DNA of 47,765 nucleotides from a bacterium (GTDB lineage: Bacteria; SAR324; NAC60-12). Positions 1 through 12,200 of this stretch are shown piece after piece (within the stretch, counting starts at the first letter, position 1; each line of letters begins with the position of its first letter). Where the stretch lies: NCBI GenBank assembly GCA_965233585.1, contig CBDDTI010000287.1, positions 1-47,765 of the forward strand, read 5' to 3'. Position numbers and translations under genes: made by a program. Under the pieces are notes generated by a model. It was not told the origin of the DNA, did no database searches, and saw only the letters and a program-made list of their open reading frames with translations.

Positions 1-685
1 ACAATTCAAAATTCAGAAACCAGAGATTAACGGTTCAGCAACATTCAGCAACTATGTTTCCGAAACTAAACATTCTTATCTCAGAAGCTATGATTGCGCC
101 CTTTCGAAGAGTTCTTGTCTCAGTTCCAATTCATTTTAAATACCCCCCCTTCCCAAACGCCCCACAAGACGCAATAGTCTGGCCTTCCCCTTCCAAGAGT
201 TCTTGTCACGGTTCCGAGTCCTTTAAAAAACCTTTCCCCCCTGCGAAGCAAGGAGCAAAGGATTGCTATGTGAATTTACCCTGGAAACAAACAAGCGGGA
301 GCACCACCGATAGACGCCCTTTTCATCCCTTTTCTGGACTGATCGATGTGCTGCAGAGCCCACTGAAGGGCGAGTCCGCCTAAATGGAACCAGAGTAGGC
401 AGTTTGCGTGCGGTTCAATCTGAAACATGTCATATCGCAGGATGGTCGGCCATGGGTCTTGTCAATGGGTCTCAGCTTGCGGATCCTCTTCAACATTTTC
501 TCTACTTTCTTTTGCCCTCGCCCCATTCTGCACCTCCTCCTCCCTTTCCTGGCTTTCGTTCCTCCCTTCTCAGGATTATAGGGGCGGAAGCCCAGGAACC
601 ATTAAAGGGAGGGCAACATCTCTACGCAGTATGGTTTAGTGCCACATTCCATTCAGTCTGCAGTGCTTGTGTGTGTGTGCGTGTA

Positions 686-1985
686 CCATACCAAAATGTA
701 AGCGACATTTCTTGGGACCCCCCCTTAAATATAAAATTGGTTGCTGAACGTCGTTTTTGTGGGGAGGGTCTTCAAAGTACCTTCAAAATGTAAGCTGACA
801 TTTTCAAGGCCCCCCTCCAAAACACCTTGAAAAATGTAGCTTACATTTTGGGTACGTACCCCCTCCTCAAAAGGTGATTATAAAGATATATCAAAGTTAT
901 ATCGTCACCACCCTTTTCGTGGGGTGTAAGCATGGGCGACGTGCAAAAAAATGTAAGCAACAGTTTTGACCCCTTCATATTTTTTCCCAATGGGGAAGGC
1001 TGTATGTATGTTAGACCCCCCCACGTCAAAAACCGATCTCCGTAATAGATACGTCACCCCGCGTTTCCCCCCCGTACTCTACGGAAAGGGGTGGGAGGTA
1101 ACAATTGCTCATTGTCCGAAACCTGTCCCCAAGAAGTTTGCAGATGTTTGTAGTCAACCTACACCTAAATAAAGTCCGTATTTCCTTTCAGAAACTGCTC
1201 AAAATAGATGGTAAAGCCAAAGATAAAATCATGCAACCATCACAGACCTAAGGTCCATATTTCCTTGCAGAAACAGCTCAAAATAGATTGTAAAGCCACA
1301 GGTCAGATAACGTAACCATTCTACATCTAAGGTCCATAGTTCCTTGCAGAATCTGCACAAAAATAGAGGGTAAAGATAAGATAGGATCAACATGACACAT
1401 GTCTACATTGTTATTATATTATGGTTGGAGGGTCATAAGGGGGGCTAGATAGGAACCGTGGCAGAAGGGTGTTTAAGTTCGAAGGGTGTTTAAGTTCGTT
1501 CATGTAGGTACATAAGGGGGGCTTACCATGGGGACCCCATGAAGGTTTATTTGATGTCCATTTGAGGTCCATTTGAGATCTTTATATGTATTCTATTGTT
1601 TTTCCATAGACCGGAGGTAAATTTGAAGACCTTCAACATCTCATTTTACAGTTTTTGAAGTTCAAGGATTCTCCAGTAATTTGAAAGGAGTAATATACCT
1701 TCTATACCTCTACGTTACATGTGGAACACTATAATTTTACATGTTGTTTTTCCTGTTCTTTCCTTTCTTAAAAAATTGCAATCTTACATTTTGAACGCCC
1801 CTCTGTGTTTTTTTGCAAATAAATGAAATCCCGTAAAGAATGAGGGGACCTACTAAAATGAAATTTTGCAAACAGAACGAAGTTAGAAAAAAAGTGCTTG
1901 CTGACATTTACCATGCCCCCCTCCCTCAAAAAAGTTTAAATTGTGTCTTGCAATTTGGGTACACGCCCCCCCTTAAAAGGGTAGT
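686..1985. mobile_element. Possible non-autonomous DNA-transposon-like element with repeated subterminal motif
   Basis: AAAATGTAAGC..ACATTT-like motif recurs at ~693, 785, 832, 947, 1773 and 1891, interspersed with C-/G-runs. Starts right after a (GT)n tract. No clear right TIR or TSD seen. Confidence 0.3.
1174..1380. repeat. Degenerate ~79-bp tandem repeat, about 2.6 copies
   Basis: GTCC(A/G)TA(T/G)TTCCTT(T/G)CAGAA..GC(T/A)CAAAA(A)TAGA..GTAAAG recurs at ~1174, ~1252 and ~1331. Confidence 0.75.
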
Positions 1986-3084
1986 GATATTATATACACA
2001 TATTCATATGTTATATGTTCAACATGTTGCACATTGGGTTTCACTTGTCATACATAATATACTTGTTTGTTAAGTTTATAAGTTTGGCCCTCCAGTTCGC
2101 CACGATGGCAAAGCAAGAATCGTGCCAGGTTGCTTCAAGAAAATCATCTTCGTGCTCTTTGGAATATCGTGGACAAAGATGGAGCCCAGGAAAAAAACAC
2201 AACGCAGAACCCGCAGAGCTGTCAAGCTGATGTCCTCATTGTAATCGAACAGGTTTTTGAACAGGATGCACCAGATTGAACAAGTGTCTTCAAGGGGGGG
2301 TCTGTTTCAAGTTCGTGAACTCTTGACTTCCTGATTTTTGATATGTGCTTGAGATTGTTTGAGCATGTTTGAGCTGTGTTAAGGAAGCGGCTGCGTAGAG
2401 TTCGAAGAATTCTTGCAATGGTTTCACAGCCATTTCTTGAAGGAGAAGCCGCCAGCGAGAAGTCTGCACAGTTGCGCGTTTCAAATTTAAGCAATGTCTT
2501 AAGGCTTTTGGGATTTAATTTTGTTGGGACTAAAAGTGTTCAAATCCTTTCCCACCATGTCATACGTTTTTATTTTTCCCGAAGGTCTCTATATAGTCCA
2601 AAGGCTCACGATCTGATAAACTTACATGGATTTGCTTTTTAAAGATCAATGATATTGCGGAAATGATTCTGCATGGTCCATTCAAATCCATTTAAGAGCC
2701 GCGTGCACGTTGTTGAGCCAGAACCTGCAAACAAACAACACACAATACACACAACACGCAGTACACTGGAGTCACTATATCCACACGGATCCCTGACTGT
2801 GGTTGTATATTGTTCGACTGTCTTCCACCATCTTTGGGTTCGCAGAAGCAGCTTGTGAGGTGGAACGATGGTGGAATCAGTCACAGAGCATTTCTACGCG
2901 TCCATGGGGGTGAACCGCTTGCGTGGCTACCTGACGAGCTTTGGAGAAGGAGCCGGGCTGAATATGGGTATATCATTGAAATCACGAAAGGTAGATCCAG
3001 TGGGGCTACCTTGAGTTCTGCTTTCGAAGTAAAGGGGAGGGCGGCCAGCCCCGTTACCTGATGATTCACAGACTGCCAGTCATT

Positions 3085-3420
3085 CCAGTACCCCCCCACC
3101 CCCTCTGCGTCCCCCACGCACCCTAAGAGCAGACCCAAAACATTGAATTTACAGTTTTTTGTCCTTTTCGGATATAGAAACTACATCTTGCAACATGGTG
3201 AAACCTGCGTAAATAAAAAACATACCAGTGCTTTTGCTAGGTGCTGGCCAAAAAAAGATATAAATACCGTGACTTTTGCTACCAGAGGCAAAACATCATC
3301 GTAAATACCGTGGTTTTGGGCTTCCGACCCGCCAAAAACATTGGTATTTACGGTGTTGTTTGCCCCGAGTCTTGCAAAAACGTGCAAAAACACCAGCTAT
3401 TTGACAATTTTCGGCCCCTC
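3085..3420 (+). repeat. Dispersed repeat; diverged inverted copy at ~19600-19980
   Basis: Reverse complement of 3150-3350 (GAAGCCCAAAACCACGG..TAGCAAAA.TCACGGTAT..CAAGATGTAGTTTCTATAT) aligns by eye with 19680-19850. Confidence 0.75.
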
Positions 3421-3449
3421 ACTACAGGACTGAGAAAAAAGCTTCAGGG

Positions 3450-4440
3450 GCAGCAACAACAACAACAGCAACAACAACAACACCACCAACACCACCAACA
3501 CCAACAACACCAACAACACCAACTGCACCAACAGCACCAACAGCACCAACAGCACCGACAACACCGACAACAACAACACCAACAACATCAACAACACCAA
3601 CAACACCAACAACCCCAACAACCCCAACAACCCGAAAAACCCAACAACCCCAACAACCCCAACCACCCCAACAACCCCAGCAACCCCAACAACCCCAACA
3701 ACACCAACACCAACACCACCACCACCACCAACAACAACAGCAACAACGACAACAAGGACAACAACAACAACACCAACAACACCACCAACACCAACACCAC
3801 CAACAACACCAACTGCACCAACAGCACCAACAGCACCAACAGCACCAACAGCACCGACAACACCGACAACAACAACAACACCAACAACATCAACAACACC
3901 AACAACACCAACAACCCCAACAACCCCAACAACCCGAAAAAACCCAACAACCCCAACCACCCCAACCACCCCAACAACCCCAGCAACCCCAACAACCCCA
4001 ACAACACCAACACCAACACCAACACCACCACCAACACCACCACCAACAACAACAACAGCAACAAGGACAACAACAACAACAACCAACAACCAACAACCAA
4101 CAACAACAACAGCAACAACAACAGCAACAACAAGGACAACAACAACAACAAAAACAGCAACAACAACAGCAACAACAGCAGCAACCGCAATGACAGCAAC
4201 AACAGCAACAAAAGCAACGACAGCAACAATAGCAGCAACAACAACCAGAACAACAACAAGAACAACACCAACACCAGCGACAACAGCACCAGAAACAACA
4301 ACAACACCAGCAGCAGCAGCACCAGCAACAGCAACAGCAACAGCAACAACAACCGCGACAGCAACCGCGACAGCAACAGCGACAGCAACAAGAACAACCA
4401 CAACCACAACCACAACAACAACGACAGCAACAACAACATC
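3450..4440 (+). repeat. Compound (CAA/CAC/CAG)n microsatellite with internal ~290-300 bp duplication
   Basis: Low-complexity trinucleotide tract. Landmarks AACTGCACC (3521, 3811) and CCCGAAAAA (3631, 3933) are repeated. The poly-Q/N/T/V/L ORFs are by-products. Confidence 0.95.
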
Positions 4441-4452
4441 TGCAAGCTCTAG

Positions 4453-4715
4453 ATCGCAGTGTCCCCTGCCGGACCCGAACAGCAACCTCTGGATCGGAGT
4501 AATCCCCGCCGGACCTCCACCCCGCGCACCGGATCAGAGTGTTGCCCGCCGGACCTCAACTACCAAGGATCTCCGAAGATATACCCGATAGAACGCCACA
4601 AAGAAATTCAGAAAATGTATGTATGAGATAAAATGCGAATGCCAGATGGGATGTCAGAAAATATGTCAAAAAAGTGTCGTTTGGCGGTACTTACTCGCTC
4701 GATGAAAGTAATTTG
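4453..4715 (+). repeat. Dispersed repeat with CCGGACC(TC) subrepeats and ATGTCAGA-like tail
   Basis: GCCGGACC at ~4468, 4508 and 4548, followed by ATGCCAGA/ATGTCAGA/ATGTCAAA units. Confidence 0.5.
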
Positions 4716-4887
4716 TTCCGAAGGCTTTCAAAAATTGATTTAAGACATTTAAGAGCCAAAATGACGCCTTGCCGGGCCCTGCGGGCATCATCGCCATCAG
4801 CAACAACGGAAACGACATCAAGCATTTGAACTTGGATTCTTTTTGGTGAGGCATCTTGCACCAATACATATCTACAACCAGACGACG

Positions 4888-5553
4888 TTACGCACAGAAG
4901 CCTTTACACAGAGCAGCTTTAACGCGCAGGTATTCATACACAGAGAGGTTTGTGCACAGAGAAACTTTTGTACACAGACACCTTTACACACAGAGGTTTT
5001 TTCTACAAAGAAGGAAGTTTTTACATACCGATGCTGTGCGTGAAGATGCTTTTGCGGGCATAGACAAAGGCACGTAGGCAGTTTTACACACAGAACCCTT
5101 CCCACAGAGAAGCCTTTGCACAGAACAATAGTTTTAGACATATTTTTTGCACAGAAAGAAATAGACACTGAGAAAATTGTACACACAGACTGCGCCAAAA
5201 AAAACACACCGAAAATTTGCACGCAGAAACTTTACCCAGAACTGTTTTTACACAGAAGAAACTCTTCCGCACAGAAGCCTTTACGGACAGATTTGTTTAA
5301 ATCCACAGCAATTATTACAGACAGATGGTTTTTACACAGAAAGTTTTCCGTACAGAAGTCTTACGCACAGACGGTTTAACGCACAACATGTTTTTACATA
5401 CAGACGTTTTTATACACAGATGCCTTTACACGGAAGACGAATTGCACACAGAAACTTGTGCGCATAACACACTTTTACACGCAACCTGTTTTTACACAGA
5501 GAGGTTTTGTTTCCCCTTCTTGATCACCTACCTTTCGCGTTCCCCCTTTCAAG
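4888..5553 (+). repeat. Degenerate ~16-17 bp minisatellite (TTTTACACACAGAAG-like)
   Basis: Dozens of TTT(T)ACAC(AC)AGA variants in tandem. Confidence 0.8.
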
Positions 5554-6897
5554 TTTTTTTAATGGCGATGCACGTTCGTGGGCCCAGACTGAGATAGTGA
5601 AAATGCCATTGTGGCACACATTGTTTGGTACTGCCGGTGGTTTTAATCGCGCGTTAAGTGTTTGCTTGCTTGCCGCCCCCAAACTGTTTTCCGTCGCATT
5701 TTTTCGTAATAAGCGCGCTAGGCCGCTGATTTGTTGCGGGACTGTTCTGCCGTATCCTGCCATCCCTTTAAGACCAAACCGAGCAGGAGACCAGGAGGCA
5801 GACGAGGACTGGTCACAGGTGCATGACTAGTCCATGTTGCGCACAGAAGTGCAATGCCTCAGCCTTTTTTTGATTTGCTCATCCCTTGAAGATTCGACTT
5901 CACAGCAAACAGTCACAAATCATTCAGCAAAGCTGGGTTGGCGGCACTCGTTCCAACAAGGGCTTGCTTTGGTTGATATTGGTTCGTGCTTGGCAAGGAC
6001 GAAGTAGAACCAGTTGCTGGAGAGGCGGATAGTGACTATTGTCACACATGTTGTCAGCCATGTTCCACAAGCCGCAAGCACGCGCTTGTGGAGTTTTTTC
6101 AGCACGCAGAGAATTGCAGAGATATTGAGTGATATTCAGAGCATTCGTCGCCTATCAAAACTTTGGTAGACAATCAGTTCTTTGTTTTGTTTGTTTGCCG
6201 TTCAGGGCCAGCATAACGGGGCCAATACATGACAATAAGACAAGAATGAGGCTGTGATCTCATCTCTGACATAGTTTTATAAAAAGTGAGAGAGTGAGTT
6301 GGGAAAGGTAACACGATCTTGGCAGGATTCGCCCAAATCTCGCAAGAAGACGGTATGGTTTCTTGGCTTTGATTTGGTGCTGTTCCCTTTTTGAGTCTTG
6401 AGAGTCATTCGATATTTTTCGTCGCATCAAGCAGTCTTAACATGACGGGACGCCGTACGCAGAGGGTCAATTTTCTATTTTTTGTTCACTGTCAATAGAT
6501 GCATTTCTCTGAGGTACTTTTCTCGTTTTGTCGTGATTACATGTGATCATCGTGTGCCGTGCTGTCATTCCAAGCATTGATTGCATCCCGCTGGACAGAA
6601 ATTGGAAGGTTGAGTTTTCAGAGACATAAGATCAGATGACATAAAGATACATAATTAAAGATCATAAAGTAAGAGAATGCAAATATATCAAGTAGATTAA
6701 AATAACCAGGATTTAGGCAGAGCATTTGCGCTGGCAGTGGCAGTTGTTGAAGCTGTCCATTCAGTGAGGCTTCGGGCAGGGCTGGTCGCAGCAACTGGAA
6801 AAGGTGCTGTTCTCAATTCATACGTGTAAGGGCGCAGTTGATTCCATGGGAGTTGGTCCTAAAAAAATTCAAAGATTCTAAAAGTCTAGATCGTTAC

Positions 6898-7108
6898 TGT
6901 GAATTCTAACCAGCATGTTGAGCGCATGATATGACATTCCTGTTTTGCACATGACATTCCAACGGCAATTCAACCATCTCCTCGCCGTCCGTGTGCAGTG
7001 ATCACTCGAGCTGCCCCTTTTAGCAAAAAGCCTGCGTGCTTCGCCTGTTGCAATTGCATTTGCACATGGAACCTTAAGACTTGGCACAAGCTGCAAGTGT
7101 CACAGTCA
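6898..7108 (+). repeat. 5' LTR (211 bp, TG...CA)
   Basis: Identical to 15865-16075 except one substitution (GCAATTGC vs GCCATTGC). Confidence 0.96.
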
Positions 7109-7110
7109 GT

Positions 7111-7127
7111 TGGCACCGGAGCTGGAC
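7111..7127 (+). promoter_or_regulatory. Primer-binding site (TGGCACCGGAGCTGGAC)
   Basis: TGG begins 2 nt after the LTR-terminal CA, the classic PBS position complementary to a tRNA 3'-CCA. The tRNA was not identified. Confidence 0.65.
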
Positions 7128-7135
7128 CCCTGGAG

Positions 7136-8297
7136 ATGTCATCAGACGATGCTACGTTTGATTGGTCACCTTCGGAAGTGGCGGCTGAGGAACGCCGATT
7201 AGACCGAGACCTTGATGGTGCTCCTCCAAGGGGTGATCCGACGGGACCTACAACTGGAGAAGAAGCCCAATGGCAGTGCCTTTCATGCCACTCTGCTGCA
7301 CGGAGATGGGATGATGAGAAGGGATACACATGTCCTACGTGTGGTGGATGTGAATACTTCAACGTGTCACAACCTACGAAGCTCGAAACACCCACTGGAA
7401 CATGGATGTATGTGCCTCATGGACCAGACTCTGTAGCAAGTGGTTCGGGTGACGCCTCTAGCTCCCCGACCCCTGTCAATCGTAGATCGGGTTTTGGTGG
7501 CCCCAAGCTATTTCATGGATACCCACCTGGTGATGCTCATGGAGGTGGATCTGAAAGAGCTGAGAGCGAGGCGCCGACCTTCGATCCGATTGTCAACCCT
7601 GATGAACCGATTCCTGGTGGCAGACGGCGCCGAAGACGTGGTGGAAGCCAAGTCAGCGAGCCTGCTGATGCACTACATGGCCCAGTTCTCCCCGATGCTG
7701 CGGTTCAACGAGACGATCCTGCAGAACTATACCAACGACATGGACATGGAGATGATATGCTTGATGTCATGCGACAGCTGTTGCATGAAAAGCGATCTAC
7801 TGCAAAGACTGGTAGCGAGGCCTCATGGAATAGCATGAGAGGGCCCGCACCTGGAGTGAGATGGAGAGGCGGTGCTCCACCTCTGCCGCCAAAGTGGATC
7901 TACCAACAGTCAGATCTACGAGCCTTTGCAAAGTATGAGAGAAAGGTGAGAACTTGGGAGCTTCAGGCAAAAAGCTTCATGACTGCCGCCGAGATGGGCC
8001 TGGCACTCTACACAAGCTTGCAAGGTGAAGCTGAAGCTGAAGCCGAACACCTGGAGTTATCCAAGATCAACCACAAGAATGGAGTCAGCTACATCCTTGA
8101 TGAACTTCGAGGACCCCTGCAACAGAAGGTACTCTTCCAGAAGAGAAAGCTCTTGGCTGACTTCGAGGGCGTTAGACGCCACAATGCCGAAACCGTCAGA
8201 CAGTATGTCAACCGGTATCGCAGAATTGAACGAGATCTACAAACCATTGGCATAGAGACCAGCAACATGTACGACAGTGAAGCTCGTGGAAACAGAT
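7136..8297 (+). CDS. gag: Gag N-terminal part (Zn-ribbon CLSC..CPTC plus capsid-like region); frameshift at ~8297
   Basis: First ATG after the PBS (MSSDDATF). Capsid-like AFAKYERKVRTW..LYTSLQGEA..YVNRYRRIE. Reading continues in the -1 frame as LERCQLSPDLQRLVLIG. Confidence 0.8.
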
Positions 8298-9234
8298 CCT
8301 GGAGCGTTGTCAGCTGTCTCCAGACCTACAACGACTGGTGCTGATTGGAGCCGGGAATTGCCTGGACTACGAGAAGATCACGGAGTCTATGTGCATGCAG
8401 TTTCCAGACTTCAAGCCAACTCCTATGGTTTGGACCTCCAGTCACAACAGACAGCAAGCAGACAACCAGACTTCAGCCTCTTCGAGCTCATCTTCCAACC
8501 GGAGCTCTGCTGGCACTTTCAGGTCGTCGTCTACTGCAACGTCTTCTGGAAAAGGACGTTTCACTGGAAAGGGGAAAGCACCAAAGACGTATCCCCATGG
8601 AAAAGGGCCTCCTCGCAGTGTCTTCCAAACGGAACAAGTCGAGGATGAGGCTGACAATGAGGAAGACGATGCAGAGGACTTCGAAGACGCAGAATGCCAA
8701 CCTGAAGATGGAGAAGAGCTGGAGCCGATTCCTGAAGAAGGAGACGGTGACTATGAGGAGGCAGATGCGCCTTCCATCGACGTTGAAGCCTTGGCCGACT
8801 TAGCTCAGGTGCTCACCGTCACCTCCAAGAAGCTCCAAGCCTCTGTTCTGGGACGGAAGTTCACTGGACGGAAATCGATAGAAGAGCGGAAGAAAACAAG
8901 CACATGCAGCGCTTGTGGCCAGACAGGTCACTGGGCAGGTGACTCAGCCTGTTCGATGTCGGCATCCAAACGCGATGGCGGTGGAAAAGGACAAAAAGGT
9001 GCTGGGGGTTCTTCCTTTTCATCTACATCCTCACCTGGTCAGAAGTATGTCAAGAAAGCCTATGTGGTAGGGGTTCAACATGGAGAACATTCACATGAAC
9101 CACAGGATGATGAAACTACCCCGAGCTCTTCATCAACATATTTTACCTTCACCACCAACCAAATTTTTGGGGCCGATGCAACATCAACTACATGGATCAC
9201 GAGTCCATTGACCTTGGGGGTTACATGGTTTTAG
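8298..9234 (+). CDS. gag: Gag C-terminal part with CCHC zinc knuckle
   Basis: CSACGQTGHWAGDSAC knuckle, with acidic and GK-rich linkers. Confidence 0.82.
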
Positions 9235-12200
9235 ATACTGCCTGCCAAAGATCATGCTGTGGTGAAGTTTGGTTGAAAACCCATGCCAAAATCCTGGAAC
9301 GACATTGTCTCAGGGTCAAGATGATCGAAAGCTCTGATCACTTCCAGTTTGGCTCAGGCAAGCCGATTGCAGCTGCAGAGCGTGCCTACATCCCCATCGA
9401 GATGGAAGGCCAGGAGACCAAGGGATTATTGTTTGGGGTTAGCGTTTTGTCCACCAACATACCTTTTTTGGCAAGCAGAACTTTGCTGGAACGTTTGGGT
9501 TGCATCATTGACATGTTCACCAAGACCATCACTTTTGCAAACCTTGGTGTTACATTGCCTTTGACTCACAAACATGGTCATTTAGCAGTCAATATTGCGA
9601 TGTTTTCAGAAGATTTGGCAAACCATCCGTGCTGGAAGCATCTCTCGCGAGATCAACTTTGGCATGAACCTGATCCTGAACTCATGTTTGCACCGGGAGC
9701 TTTCAACAAAGGCTTAATTCGTGATTTGCCGCCCGAAGCCTTGTTGCCTACGGATGTTCCGTGCGGCAGCTCCAGAATGGCTGAAGCGATGGCAGATACT
9801 GTATGCCCTGGTGATGACAATCGAGCTCAGGGCCTACAAGGCTATGTCGAGCATGGTGCGCTTTGGACTGGCAACCCGGTCTTGGATGACCTTGGACGAG
9901 AACATCAAGGAGATGGAGCGTCAACGCTCAGAGATTGTCAACAAAGCGCCGAAACAGGCCAATCCAGCGACATGCATGCACCCCGAGTACAAGAGGTACG
10001 GCAACGACAAGGGTTCGTTCAGCCGATGCAAGAGATGCCAACAGGTTTTCAAGTGGGACCCAAGTCAAAAAGGATGGCGCCCACATGGAAGTCCGCAGTC
10101 GCAAGTTTCTTCGCACTTGCCACTGCCCTCATCTTCCAACATCCTGGAGCCCACCAACAGGGGAACGAGTTCTTCGACATCGAGGACTACAACTTCCAAG
10201 TCCCGAGCGAAGCCCAAGGCCAGACCACAAGAAGTTTTCCTGCCAGCGATGGAGGAGATTTGGGATCCGGAGGCTTATCCTCCCGAGTCAGATGGCGGCG
10301 AGGATGGATACCACGGATGGGACGAAGCCATGGAGATCCAAGACTATGCATGAACGATGAGGCCGACTGGTGGGAAGTTGGCAAAAACGTGGTCACGAGG
10401 GTTCACAACATGCCACGCAAAAGTCTTTTCAACATGGATGACTTCTACAATGGCGAACCTTGTCCAGTGCATGTGAAACGACTGAGCCTGGAGTGCGCAG
10501 CCGAGATGAACTATGAGGATGGCAGGACACAAATGCTCACCTATGACTGGAGCACGTCCGGGGCATCCACTATGAAACAACACTGGACTGGGAAGACAAT
10601 TTTCCGCGTTCACCCTTTGCCTGAACGACATGTGTCAACCAACCTGGTGCGGAAGAGCTTGCGACATGCAGTTCGACAAGTCGCGCACTTGCTTCAGGTT
10701 GAGCATGATGTGATGCTGGCTGGCACTACATCCTCCTCTACTTCAACATCCTTGAAGAGCAGGCCACGGGTGGATTTATTAGAAACCTTTGCTGGACGTG
10801 CTGGAATCACTATGAAGGCTACCAAACTTGGTTTGAAAGCACTCCAACCCATTGACTACAACACCGGCTATGACCTTGAGAAGGCCAGCCACCAACAACA
10901 TGTGGACTATTTGATTGACCACTTCAAGCCCCTCTTCCTCGTGCAAGGCATCGACTGCCGTGATTGGTGTCTTTTACAAGACAACACCAACTACGTGAGA
11001 CGCAAGATCTTGCTTTTGATGCGGAGGGAGAAGGCCAGGAAGTTGCTACGTCGAGTAGTTCGTTGGTGTGTCAAACAAGCTGAAGCTGGAAGGTTTTTCC
11101 TTTTGGAGAACCCTGCAACAAGTCGACTTTGGCTTGAACCGCTGGTGCTGAGACTTTCAAGACTTCCAGGAGTCTATGCAGTTGTTTGCCATTCAGGCGC
11201 TTATGGCGGCACCAACTCCAAAGGCCAGATGATCAAGAAGAGTTTCAAGTTTCTTGGCAACTGCCCTTGCGTGCTAGAGCGACTGACCAGAAAACTTGAT
11301 TCAGAGCAACTGCTTCAATGTGTCCCTTTGGTTGGAAAAGAAACAACTCTTTCACAGCACTACCCTGATGAGATGATCAAGCAGATCGTGCAGGGAATCA
11401 AACAGACCGCTGCACAACATGATCCAGAACGTTTTCATGTTTTTTCCACAAGTTTTCAGGTGATGGCTGTGAACACAACACCGGATGATTGGGTTCCCAT
11501 TTTTGAATCTGCCCAGAAGTCCTTTGACATGACACGACAACGACGCTATGTTCTGCCCACATCAGACACGACATGGAAGATGGTTCAACAACTTGTGCAA
11601 TGGCATCAGCTTGAACGTGTGCAGATTGCGTATCAACCAACCATGCTGCGTTTGCCCTTGCACATTCCTCATACGCACCGTGGGTGGGCATTGCTCTACA
11701 ACGACCAGACCGTGGAAGTTGTTGAAGAGGACCTGGCGGATGTGAGACACCCAAGAGCCAAGTTCCGCAAACCTGTGAACATTGGCATCTTCTTCTTTGG
11801 ATATGCAACACCAAGTAGCCATGCAAATCAACCTGTTTCAGCACGACCTGATGTACAACCTCTACAAGAACCAGCTGAAGATGACCCACAAGCAATTGTG
11901 GCTCACAACACAGAGGGCATCACCTTTCCAAGGATGCCTGGTCCTTCACAAGACGTCAAGACCTTGCTTTCAAGACTTCATCGCAACCTTGGACATCCTC
12001 ACAACAATGAGTTGAAAAAGATGCTTGCGATGAATGGCATCAAAGATCAGAAGGTCTATGATGCAATTGAAGCTTTGACATGCGAATCTTGCTTGCGTGT
12101 GAGGGGACCTGGCAAACCTGAACCTGCAGGCATTCCTCAAGATGTGAGTTTGCAGTTTGGCGATGTTTTGCAGATCGACATCGTCTATGTCAGGGACATC

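Noticed and set aside
2100..3060. Possible host exons or gene remnant (also 5700-6810 and 16080-16900)
   Set aside because: Some AG|G-bounded open segments exist, but there is no recognisable domain or unambiguous frame without transcripts.
3241..4591. Long poly-Q/N/T/V/L ORFs on both strands
   Set aside because: Artefacts of a stop-free trinucleotide microsatellite.
6998..7135. ORF-track start of gag inside the LTR
   Set aside because: Non-ATG start within the LTR/PBS. ATG 7136 is more plausible.
9160..9172. AAATTTT as a -1 slippery site at the gag/pol boundary
   Set aside because: Out of phase: the gag frame reads CAA ATT TTT, not A AAT TTT.
9347..9358. TTTGGCTCAGG as a spliced-leader relic
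   Set aside because: It encodes the conserved protease flap F-G-S-G, so the match is coincidental.
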